A stretch of DNA of 64,000 bases, taken from assembly GCA_964016885.1 (NCBI GenBank), contig OZ024743.1, positions 327,422,001-327,486,000 on the forward strand. Reading direction: 5' to 3'. The first letter of the stretch is position 1. Each line of letters starts with the position of its first letter. Position numbers and translations under genes: made by a program. Below are positions 48,566-60,339 of this stretch, piece by piece. The DNA is from Eledone cirrhosa (Eukaryota). Below the pieces are notes generated by a model that was not told the DNA's origin, made no database searches, and saw only the letters and a list, made by a program, of their open reading frames with translations.

Positions 48566-50392
48566 GTGGTGATGTTACTGCACTGTTGTAATAATAAATA
48601 TTTCTTAATTTGATTGGAGGCTGTTTTCTTGTGTTACTTGCTGTTTTAACCTGTCGTGTGTATAATTATTTTATGAAGTGTTGACAAATTTGAGTTTTGA
48701 ATGTCAAACCTAGAGGCGTGGGCAATATTGCCTATGGAAATCACTCGCATTACTTAGGGATATTAGAGGGAAAGCATAAGGATTAGTGGTTTGGGAGCAT
48801 GTTGCATGCTTCAACAATACACTTTGTTTCATTTTCCTCAGACTACTCAGCAGGCAAAATTAAGTTGTACCTGTTGGTTCAAAGGCTAAGCCTTGTGACA
48901 CTGAATCTCTCTGGGATGTATGTTAACAGTGCATCTTTCTGTGGAATCAGCCACATGCATGTTAATTTCATGAGCGGACAGTTCCGTTGTTCAAACAACT
49001 GGAATACAGGGCCGATGGAGTTACACATGAGGATTAGTTCTTTCATGAATCAGAGAAACATAAGCTCTGTAAATTCAGTTTATTTAACATTACATTGTGA
49101 ACTGGCTGTTGCTTGAATGTAACTGCAGGATGCCTTGTATTTGTTCTGAGTCGAAATCTCATTGAAGTCAATTTTCATCCTCTCATCATTCGATAAAATA
49201 AATTACTAGTCGGGCAACAGGTTGGCAGAATTTTTAGTGTTCTGAGAGCAAATCTTATTGTGGCCTGTTTGGGCAGTATACTTAATCTATTAGCTAGTTT
49301 AACATCACCATCTGACTCTAAAGAGTCCTCTTTGTTGTAAGCATTCAGATTTGGTCACCAGTTAGAGTATATTTTCATCTTTCTTTTTCACTCCTCTCAG
49401 GCTTTGCAGCAATTTAGTAAATGAAATACCTCATTACTAAGCTGTTCGAAACTTCACTTAAAGGTTGTTGCATAAAATTATGATGTTAGGTTTTTAAAAG
49501 CCTTTAAAATAGATTTGAGGCAGATAGATACCAAAAAGTGTTTTAAAGGATTTGATCTGTTGAAATAGGGCAAGTGTGCAGAGTGGACCTCACAAAACTG
49601 GCAACTGTATCACGACATCACAACTGATCCAAGGTTTCTTCCCATAAAAAGGCATTTCACTGAGACATGGCTGCTGAATACCTTTTCGACAGGCCTTGTA
49701 TAAGTAACCTTTTTATTATTAAGCTGGATTGGGAGAGTACTGAACATGCTCTGTGGTTACAGCCCTGTACATTCTAGCTTTGCTTTTCTTCCTTACAGGT
49801 TCAGTAAATTAAAGCACCAGTGACACTGGGTTCAATTTAATTGACTTACTCCTTCAAATAGCTGACTTTGTACCAAAGGTAGAAACAATTGAGCTAATGT
49901 TTTAAAATTATCTTACATAAGATTATGGAAGGTTTAAATTTAAATACAAACACTATACCATATAATATAAGGGGCAGTTTGGTATCAAATGGGTTAACCT
50001 TTTTCTCACGGGTGCTATAGAGAACTGACAAGAGTGTAGCTGAACTTTACAATAATGATTATCCCGAACAAAACTATTTCTGATTCAATGTTAGAGTAAG
50101 ATTAACCTCATGGTAAAATTAAAACTATAAATAACTCTTAGTACGGCTGTTAAATATAAGTATGTATACGTACATACAGACGTACAGTAGTATGTATATA
50201 TATATATAGATGTACGTATGGATTCACCGAATATTTATTATAATGCTCGGTGTGTTTGTAAACAAACATCCCGAATTAAGCCGTACAGTGTACCGATTAA
50301 CTCACTCGATATGCAAATTAGGCTGCTCAGCCGTTAATATGCATAAGGAAAGTATATACTTTCAGACGTTCAACCATCTGGTAGGAAGGTAT

Positions 50393-50435
50393 ACGTTGCT
50401 GACGATAGCTAATAAGCTTGAAACTAGTACAGCGT
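50393..50435 (+). ncRNA. Minimal type I hammerhead ribozyme (HH1)
   Basis: Stem I ACGTTG/CAGCGT, core CTGACGA, stem II AGCT-AATA-AGCT, GAAAC-TA-GTA with palindromic ACTAGT stem III; predicted cleavage after 50429. Confidence 0.8.
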
Positions 50436-50823
50436 TCCTTTGTCAGTGTTGAACAAATGAGCAACGATGGTTGCTAGACACTACGGCTTAATTCGGGATG
50501 TTTGTTTACAAACACCGAGCATTATAATAAATGTTCGGTGAATCCATACGTACATATATATATGTGTGCATGTATGTATATATATATATATACACATCCT
50601 ACTGTACGTCTGTATACATATATGTGTGTCCGTCTACATACTTATATTTAAGTAACAGCCGTACTAAGAGTGAGAAATGAAATTTCGTTTCATTTTTTCC
50701 GTTTATCGTTTTCGGTATCCCGGCCGATTAACTCACTCGATATGCAAATTAGGCTGCTCAGCCGTTAATATGCATAAGGAAAGTATATACTTTCAGACGT
50801 TCAACCATCTGGCAGGAAGGTAT

Positions 50824-50866
50824 ACGTTGCTGACGATAGCTAACAAGCTAGAAACTAGCACAGCGT
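50824..50866 (+). ncRNA. Minimal hammerhead ribozyme copy (HH2), cleavage triplet mutated to GCA
   Basis: Same architecture 431 nt downstream of HH1; U16.1 changed to C, probably inactive. Confidence 0.65.
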
Positions 50867-52882
50867 TCCTTTGTCAGTGTTGAACAAATGAGCAACGATG
50901 GTTGCTAGACACTGTACGGCTTAATTCGGGATGTTTGTTTACAAACACACCGAGCATTATAATAAATGTTCGGTGAATCCATACGTACATATATATATGT
51001 GTGCATGTATGTATATATATATATATATATATATACATACTACTGTACGTCTGTATACATATATGTATGTACGTATACATACTTATATTTAAGTAACAGC
51101 CGTACTAAGAGGGAGAAATGAAATTTCGTTTCATTTTTTCCGTTTATAAATAACTATTTTTAATAATTAAAATAGAGCTAAATATACTGAAAAGTTTTCG
51201 AAGTTTACGACATACGATTAATTAATTTAAAAATAGAATAAATAAAAATAGCTTTAATGTTTAAAATGATTAATCACTTTAAAGCCATGAGCCAATGTGC
51301 CAAGATGGAAATCTCTACTCTACATGGTCATACGACTCGCTAGAAATAACAGCCAAATCTCCCTCCTGTTACTCTAAAGCGTTCTGGAAGAAATGACACA
51401 TTAGTTAATGTAACCAAAAATTTGCAAAATAGGAAATGGCATGGTTACAGTAGGAAAATATGGAATGTATATCTTACAATATCTGAATCAAATTAAAGCA
51501 ACAATCTCATCACGTCATATTCACAGCACTTCTATAAATATTCATGTCAGTGGAGATTAGCGGCGTGTCTTTATAAACAGAGGTAATACTGTAAAATCAA
51601 CCTTGGAAGTGTAAGGAATTCATTTTAATATATCTTTCGATCAATTTAACAGTCCAAAGCAAATCAATCATGATACAGAAGGCTTGCGCGAATTACTTCC
51701 CTTGTCTCTTGAATCTGTATAAAAGTTAAGACATCGATGAAGTGTTTACTGGGTCGCTCGACCAACTAAAATACTTTGAACAAAATAATTAGATAAATAA
51801 AAACAGAATGGATTCGTCTAAATCCTATAAAAGATACTGCTAATGAAAAAGAACGAATAAAGGGTAAAACGAAAGCGTTACACGTCGTATAAATACGATA
51901 AGCATTCAACGTTATCTCAGCAGACGATAATTCTATTTGTGTGTGTCTGGACATATATGTGTATGTTTGTGCGTATGCAGCTATTCGACTCTCTCTCTCT
52001 CTGCCACTTCGGTCATGTATACTGCTACCCCAACTCATATCCCTCTCTCTGTCCCTCTTTTACTTCCCTTCTCTATGTTGTCAAACATGACATCTGTCAT
52101 CGAACCAATCAACCAAAATCCCGCCGAGGTTAAAACTTTGCCTTTCATCCTTACGGGGTCGGTAAAATAAAGTACCAGTAATACACTGGATTATTTGCTG
52201 GCCTTGTGCCAAAAGTAGAAACTATTATATATGCAAGATGAAGGCGACGTCCTCTCCCTTTTTCTGTCACACACACACTCTCTTTAAACAAATTACGTTC
52301 CTGTTCTCTCTATTTATGTACATCTTTTTCGCTTGGCGTTTCCCCTCTCTTTATGTAAATGGTAATGTAACTTACTGTCACCTCGAAAACACAGTGATCC
52401 CTTTTCTCTCTCTATCCATGTGCATATTTCTCGCTTGGCGCTCCTCTCTCTATATAAAGTGAGAGTAACGGACAGTTAGACAGCACTTTTGTTATAATAT
52501 AGATTAGATAAATAGCAAAGTGTTGGTTGTCATGATTTGGAAGTATATGTTTGCCACTATGAATAAACACTAAGTACGTCAAAATGTAACGATGTATTGA
52601 TAAAAAAATATTCACTACACTTGTATTTTGCAAAAACAATTTTCATTACAGTGCTCACGCTCACACACTATCAATATAGTATTTAAAATAGAAATAAATA
52701 GAGAACGGGGTAGAAATTGAGTAAAGTAATATTTCTTATGTTTATTTCATTCATCAAAAATAACGAAATGCTAAAAAGAAAACAACTCTATTCAAAAGCT
52801 GTAAGCAGACGACGTTTATGTGTATGTGCGCGGGCGCTCTCTCCAGCGTTTGTTCCCCTCCCTTTCTTTCACGTCCCTTTAC

Positions 52883-53400
52883 AGTCTGAGTTCAAATCCC
52901 GCCGAGGTTAACTTTGCCTTTCATCCTTACGGGGTCGATAAAATAAAGTACCAGTAATGTACTGGATAATTGCTGGTCTTGTGCCTAAAGTAGAAACAAT
53001 TATTTACCTGGTGGGCGGTGGATTGGCAGTATCGGTAGAGGGTCGGACGCTATGCTTTCCGCATAGTTACGTCCCTTTACGATCTGAGTTCAAATCCCGC
53101 CGAGGTTGACTTTGCCTTTCATCCTTACGGGGTCGATAAAATAAAGTACCAGTAATGCACTGGGTAATTGCTGGTCTTGTGCCTAAAGTAGAAACAATTC
53201 TTTACCTGGTGGATTGGCAGTATCTGTAGAGGGTTGGACGCCATGCTTTGTAGCAAAGAGTTACGGCCCTTGTCATTCTGAGTTCAAATCCCGCCGAGGT
53301 TAACTTTGGCTTTCATCCTTACGGGGTCGATAAAATAAAGTACCAGTAATGCACTGGATAATTGCTGGCCTTGTGTCAAAAGTAGAAACAATTATTTACC
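52883..53400 (+). mobile_element. Head-to-tail trimer of the second SINE family
   Basis: Three copies of GAGTTCAAATCCCGCCGAGG..GCCTTTCATCCTTACGGGGTCGATAAAATAAAGTACCAG at ~195-bp spacing; partial copy at 52115-52225. Confidence 0.8.
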
Positions 53401-53775
53401 TACCACTTTCGATACTATGTATACTCCTACTTCAACTCATATCTTAATTTCCCCACTCTGTTTATGTTTTGTATCTTAGCAGTTCAACAACAAAAATAGA
53501 AAAAATAAATTCTAATGTTGATATGGTCGACTACACAATGGCGATACTCCAGCATGGTTACTGTCTAATAACTGAAACTAGTTTTAGAAGTCATTTCTAT
53601 AATAAATATGCCTTTACTCTACTAACGTATTGAGTACGTCTTTCAACTGTGGTCACCTCCCGGTACACATCGGAAATCCTCCTATATATATGATCCTGTC
53701 TCTATTTCTTGTACTCCTGAGGAAGGGAAAACTTCTTTCCCATTTTCCATATAAAGCGTGAAACTAATAAGACTT

Positions 53776-55962
53776 TTTAGCAGCATGGTGTATAAATGTT
53801 ATTGAGACACGAGTAACATAATAATGACGCCAACAGCAGAAATTAGAGATGAAATGTATGTTTATTTTTGTTGTAGCACAAATAATGTTTGTTAACTTGT
53901 ATGGTTGAAGTTACACATAAAATGAGGTTACAAAAGGGAATGTGCCATTGTGCCGGAAAGCCGGCAGGCCAAAGTGCAAAATCTCACCGTCACATGTTGT
54001 ACGTGTTGCTGGTTCGAAGTTCCTGGTGCGAGAGAGAGATTCTTCAAATCTTCGCGGGGATTTTCTCCCTCAAGGCGCGTAGGGATACATCCTCTTCTAC
54101 TGGCGCTGAGCCAAATCACGCACAGAGAATGTATGTGAGCCCGCAGAATGTAGGTCACTACAATACTCCCCCTCTAGACGGAAGACGATACAGATTATTG
54201 AATCAGCAAGAAAAAATGCTGAAAGAGCACATCAGTGAAAAAATAATTGAGCAGAAGGATGCATGCAAGAAAAAAAACGAGACGCTAAGGGCCGTGTTGA
54301 GCCGCTGTGTCAAATGACTAGCTGTTTTGTAGTTTATACGTGACCACCAAAGGTCTAACAGAAAACGGATAAAGACATGGGCGAAGTTGCTGTTCTTGCA
54401 TTAAATGTTAATGGTAAGTGCTGTACCAGTAGCTGTGGATGAAGCTATTATGGTAGTTTACCAGTGCTGGCAAGAAGATGATGGGTAGGCGAGAAAATGT
54501 CGGCCTCCCAGATGTATTGCCGAAAGTGCTAGGGAGCCAGGAAAAAATGGCTGGTTGCTTTGAAAAGAAAAAAGCAAGTTGAATCTGTAGGTGCGCAGTA
54601 GTTGCAGTGCAAATTCCATAATTCCGGCGAATCCACAGAAGTGGTGGAAATGCCGACAAGTCCAGTTCTATTTGTTGTTTTCCCAGTGAGTCGGGTAAGG
54701 TAACAAGATGGAGGTTGTTATGGACGATGAGTGTGCAACGAGATGCGAAACTGTTTGAGTTCAGCTGCAATTAGCATTCTCGTGTTGCGGTGCCTGTTTG
54801 AATCCAGGTGAATTAAGCTCTATGAGTCGCTAGCATGTAACGGCACCTCAACCAGGTGAAACGGGATCTCGCAGAATATTACGTTTGAAGAACATATACT
54901 AAGAACAACATGTTGGTGGGTGACAAAGAAATGTGTGCATATGCAGGCATGTAAAACAGCAAAGAAATGCGTGGGTGCAGTCATATATACAATGATAAAG
55001 AAAATGATGCAGTCATATATACAATGATAGAAAAAAAATGAATTTCCATATAATACAGTTTTTAAAAAATAAATGTCCAAAATAAATGCCTGAAAAAAAA
55101 AGGAAGAAAGAAAGAATTGTTTCTTTTCTTTTAACAAAAAGTTCGCTTTTCTTTTCTTTGAAATTTCTTTGGGATCGCTCTTACTAGGGAGCTAGTAGAG
55201 TTGTTGTTGTTGTTAAAGCAAAGTCACAATGAATCTTCTCTAGAGTCGAAGTCGAGCGTTGAAGAACCAAGAGTCACCAATATGGCAGCCACGTCTGACG
55301 CCATAGTGGTGAGAAGACTAATGTCTTAATTTCTCGAGTCCTTGTGGTAACGAGACAGAAGGTATGGTGGTTGCGTCGGTAAAGTTACAAGCTGCCACAT
55401 CGCCATTCCCTGGTGTTGGTTAATAGTTAGCCATCTGTTGCTGCTGGTACTTGGTGGTAGCCGTTTTGAAATTTCTTCGTGGCGTAAATTTTTTTTTTTT
55501 TTTTTACATACACTGCCAATTTTAATTTTATTTCAAAAGGAATATTTTGAACTGAAAATATTCATCACGTTGGGTTCACCACTTTTAGCAGGCATGGTGT
55601 ATATTTGTTATTGAGACACGAGTAACATAATAATGACGTTAACAGCAGAAATTAGAGATGAAATGCATGTTTATTTTTGTTGTAGCACAAATAATGTTTG
55701 TTAACTTGTATGGTTGAAGTTACACATAAAATGAGGTTACAAAAGGGATTGTGCCAGAAAGCCGGCAGGCCAAAGTGCAAAATCTCACCGTCACATGTTG
55801 TACGTGTTGCTAGTTCGAAGTTCCTGGTGTGAGAGAGAGATTCTTCAAATCTTCGCGGGGATTTTCTCCCTCAGGGCGCGTAGGATACATCCTCTTCTAC
55901 TGGCGCTGAGCCAAATCACGCACAGAGAATGTATGTGAGCCCGCGGAATGTAGGTCACTACA
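53776..55962 (-). mobile_element. Internally deleted Gypsy-type LTR retrotransposon (LTRs 53776-54162 and 55584-55962)
   Basis: Near-identical direct repeats, 4-bp TSD ACTT, tRNA-Trp-like PBS TGGTGAACCCAACGTGAT (55581-55564), PPT AGAGGGGGAG next to the 3' LTR; no intact ORF. Confidence 0.88.
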
Positions 55963-56261
55963 ACTTTTTGTATCTCTATTTTCTCGTTTCCTTGAACTAT
56001 ATATATAAGCTATATATACATATATATGTAACTATGTATGTATGTATACGTACATACATATATGTATACAGACGCACAGTAGTATGTATATATATACATA
56101 CATGCACACATATATATATATATATATGCGCGTATCGGTTTACCGAACATTTATTACAATGCTCGGTTTGTTTGTTTGTTTGTAAACAAACAAACAGCCC
56201 GAATTACGCCGTACAGTGATTAGGCAACCACGTCACCTTTTTGTTCAACACTGACACAGGA

Positions 56262-56304
56262 ACGATGTACTAGTTTCAAGCTTGTTAGCTATCGTCAGCA
56301 TCGT
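56262..56304 (-). ncRNA. Minimal type I hammerhead ribozyme (HH3)
   Basis: Minus strand ACGATG-CTGACGA-TAGCTAACAAGCTT-GAAAC-TA-GTA-CATCGT; fully Watson-Crick stem I. Confidence 0.82.
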
Positions 56305-56556
56305 ATACCTTCCTGCCAGATGGTTGAACGTCTGAAAGTATACATATATGTATGTACGTATACATACATACATACTTACATTTAAGTAAGTGCCGTACTA
56401 AGAGTGAGAAATGAAATTTCGTTTCATTCTATTCCATTTATCGTTTTCGGTGCGCCCAGCCGAACTCACTCGATATGCAAATTAGGCTGCTCAGCCGTTA
56501 ATATGCATAAGGAAAGTATATACTTTCAGACGTTCAACCATCTGGCAGGAGGGTAT

Positions 56557-56599
56557 ACGATGCTGACGATAGCTAATAAGCTTGAAACTAGTACAGCGT
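56557..56599 (+). ncRNA. Minimal type I hammerhead ribozyme (HH4)
   Basis: ACGATG-CTGACGA-TAGCTAATAAGCTT-GAAAC-TA-GTA-CAGCGT; one mismatch in stem I. Confidence 0.75.
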
Positions 56600-56877
56600 T
56601 CCTGTGTCAGTGTTGAACAAAAAGGTGACGTGGTTGCCTAAACACTGTACGGCGTAATTCGGGCTGTTTGTTTGTTTACAAACAAACAAACCGAGCATTG
56701 TAATGAATGTTCTGTAAACCGATACGTGCATATATATATGTGTGCATGTATGTATATATATACATACTACTGTGCGTCTGTATACATATATGTATGTACG
56801 TATACATACATACATACATACATTTAAGTAAGTGCCGTTCTAAGAGTGAGAAATGAAATTTCGTTTCATTCTATTCC

Positions 56878-56934
<57 letters not shown>

Positions 56935-57699
56935 TATATAAAACGGAGTTAAAGACTCGCGTTAATTCCCCTGTACTTTTATGAGCTCAAGGAATAAATC
57001 ACCGGTATCTCGATAATACAGTATATAGAGAAGAAAACACAAAAAGGGGTGTATGCTTTCAATTACAAGGGGTAGAGAACCACTATAGTGAAGGATATAT
57101 GGACTACGAAAAGTGGAGCAAATACATAATGATTAAGAGGTAAAATTAAAATATAAAAAAACCCACCTTTATAATTATACACACCTGGACATTCCCAAAG
57201 AAGAGAATGTTTCGCCAAAGTGCTGGTACCATAGCTTCTAAGGACTTAACAGGTGGAAAGAAGGTATAGCCAACACGTCTAAGGATATTTCAGACAACTG
57301 AATAAAGCACATGGTGATAGAAAACACACGCACCCTAACTTTATAGAAAAACACATTTAGTGTTCTGCCAGACCCAGGGTTATTTACTCGAGTAAATGTC
57401 ACTGGAATCTAACTACTAAATTTTATACAGAAAAGGATAAGACTTCATTTTTATTGTAGGTCCATGTTATAATTGTTGTACACAAATATTCTCGTAATTA
57501 GGTATAGTCCAGATCCATGATAGGTGGTTAGAGAGAAGTTAACATGTTTGTCTTCAGTGTTGTCGGTTCGAAGGAAGGCGCCAAAAGAGAGAGCTTGACT
57601 GCTTTGCCGCTATTTATATCCTCTTTCCAGAAGTTGCAAAGAGGGTTCTAGACTTTCGACGGGAAGTAACTCTAGCTACTTCCCTGTCTAGAGAGCGCT

Positions 57700-59790
57700 A
57701 CACACAGCTACCAATTCCTAGCTAATTTTCCTGGGGGCAAAAAACAAACTTATAACCTTGCATGATTTTTTTAATAAAAAACAAACTCTTATCAAGTCTT
57801 CTGCTCCAAATGTGAGCTCTGGATCCTCAACCACCTGACTTCTCAACACCAACAGGTAATCGACCTGTTTGCAGAGTCCTTCCTTCCATCGCGGTCCCTC
57901 CCCCGTCTGCTTGGTGCTCCTTAGGAGCTCCAATCACAGACCTTGCCTTCAAGTCAATGTTCCAATCAAAGATGGTTGGCCTTGACCAGCTGCTGAGGAA
58001 TATCTAAGTTATCGAACTCCATCAAGGTTTCTTCATACTCAGGAACTACCTGTCTATTCCTAAGCTTCTGTATCTGTTCAGGGTCAGCCCCTCTCACAGA
58101 TTTCTGTCCTGCCTCCAACGCTTCAACGACCTAATCTTTGAGAGACTCGAGTGCCTGGTCAATGTTAGATTCTCGTTGCCCAAGCGATTTGGGGGTCTTG
58201 GTCTTCGTAAGTGTTCGTCCCTCTCTCTCCCCTGCTTCCTTTCCGCCACCCACGCTTGTTCCATCCTGGTGAGCAACATCCTCTCCTCTCCAACATGGAC
58301 TAGTTCCAACAGGGAGTTGGGTGAAGCTGTCCACCAATGGAGTGAGTTGGGCTTGTCTCTTCCTGAGAAGGTAGAGGACAGTCGAGGTCAGAGAAATTGG
58401 GACAGCATAAGTTCGAAAAACACCTTCGACTCCCTTTTCGTTCAGTCAGATCAGTTTGCAAGTATTTGCTTACTATCTGCCAGTGCCAAATACTCAGGCG
58501 ACTGGGTTGATGCCCTACCCGTGGCCACGGGTAGGGCATCTCAGCCTGGATGAACTTCGTGTCTCCATCGCCCTCAGGGTGGGAGCTGACGTCTTCATGG
58601 GTTTGAGGTGCTGATGCGGCAAACTCCTCGACTCCACAGGCCCCCATGGTCTTTCTTGCCGCCTGCATGCCAGCCGCTTCGCGCGTCACATGGAGCTAAA
58701 CCTTGTAGTGACCTACATTCTGAGCGCTCTTGAATACATTCTCCATATGTTGTTTGGCTCAGTTCAGTCAATCGCTACCAGCATAGGGAGATGTATTTCA
58801 ACTTCCGCCCTAAGGGAAAAATTCCCGCTTCTTTACAATAAACTTTCTCTCTGCATCTCAGCACTGGAAGGTAAACATCTCTTGATTTTGTTCCTCAACA
58901 AACATTCCAAATTGTAGCTACCAAACAATTACGGCGGCCGTGGCCTCTAACTTCAGCCACTGGTCTGCGTATTCTTTTACAGCATCTTAATTTGTTTTGT
59001 TTCATTTCTTATGACATGTCTTCACAACTAACTCAACTTCTCATCTTTGTAAATAAATTATATATAAAAAAATGTTGTAATGCCTTATGATGATATTTGC
59101 CACAACATTCTCTTGGACTGCTTCAGTTACTCTCTGTGATACAATACACAAACAAATATTAACATTCAAAACATCACATATTTATACCCATATATCTCCC
59201 TCCTCTATAACTCTCAACAAAAATACCCATTCTAAAATCTCATTCTCAAGAGAGCTTTGGTCTGAGCGAACATCCCCTCAATCTTGGAACCATCTGGGTT
59301 GTCCAGAAGTGATAGCAAAAGACCTGACGGTCTTACCCTGTGCCCCTGGTTGAGAGGTTGGTGCCTTGTCTGGGACGTCACTGTTAGTGACTCTTTTGCT
59401 CTTTCCCACATGCTGCGGTTAGGACGAGAGCTACAGCTTCTGCAGCCGAGCTGAGTAAGACCCTCAAATACTCTGCTCTGTCGGCCAGTTACATTTCTCA
59501 GCCTGTGGCTTTCAAGACGTTTGGGGGAGTCGGGCCGCTGACTGCGAGGTTCCTTTCCTCACTGGCGGCTCACCTAATAGAGGTGACTGGCGAATCTCAC
59601 AAGGGCGCTTGGCTGTTCCAGCGCATTAGCCTCGCCATCACCTGAGGCAATGCTGCGGGTGTGCTGGCTTGCCTCAAAAATCATTAGAGAGGTTACCCAA
59701 TACTTCTCGCACCGTTGCTGTCTTTTGCTCTGGTGTTGGCTCCGTTGTTCACCCCTTCCTTTACATTTTCTTTAATATTGCAACATTAAA
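57700..59790 (+). mobile_element. CRE-like non-LTR retrotransposon, C-terminal part (post-RT, zinc knuckle, RLE), decayed
   Basis: 'LPKRFGGLGLR', 'CGKLLDSTGPHGLSC', 'KRPDGLTLCPW..WDVTVSD', 'WLFQRISLAI'; stops and frameshifts; 5' boundary uncertain. Confidence 0.8.
58704..59236 (+). mobile_element. Solo LTR related to the 53776-55962 element, inserted in the CRE-like element
   Basis: Begins TGTAGTGACCTACATTCTG like the other LTRs; flanked by ACCT/ATCT; removing it restores 'ELNL-ILKRAL'. Confidence 0.75.
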
Positions 59791-60339
59791 AGAATATATC
59801 TTTCTGAATGAATCGCGAGCTATTTATATTGTTATCTAAGCATTTGTAATGTTATTTATGTATATATTTAAAACATATTTGTTATGTTATTCTACTGTAA
59901 ATTTATTTATATGCTCTATTTATATTTTCATTCTGAAAGAATTGTAAACGATTTGCAATGTTATTTATACAACTATGAATACAAAAAGTATTCTGCATAA
60001 CATGCACTTGAATATTTCTGTCTGCTTAAAAGCTGTATGCATCTTGATATTGTTTTATTGTTGGTATTCATTATATCTTTTTTGTTCTGAATATTTCCTG
60101 AACAGATAAAGCACCCATATTGGAGATAAATAATCCGCAGTTGCTCTGCAAATGGATATGATATTCTAGCCATATTGAAACTTTCGTAAAGATGTATCAT
60201 TTCTTATCCTTGACTTTCTTACAATTTTGAATTTATATAAATATATATATTTCTTAACACAAAATATATATATACAGATAAATATAGATTGACAGTCAGA
60301 CAGACAGATGCATGGAGAGGTAGACACATAGATATGTTA

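Larger units (their letters stand above)
50133..51147 (+). mobile_element. Hammerhead-bearing repeat locus 1: inverted partial unit plus two tandem 431-bp units (Penelope pLTR / retrozyme-like)
   Basis: 50133-50290 is the reverse complement of the unit's 3' part; 50293-50723 and 50724-51147 are direct repeats. Confidence 0.75.
56030..56882 (+). mobile_element. Hammerhead-bearing repeat locus 2: inverted unit, partial unit and full unit ending in (TA)n
   Basis: Same family as 50133-51147; 56030-56343 inverted relative to 56460-56882; ends at the same TTTAT position. Confidence 0.75.

Noticed and set aside
53889-54317. 142-aa plus-strand ORF
   Set aside because: Spans an LTR and the antisense internal region; no recognisable domain
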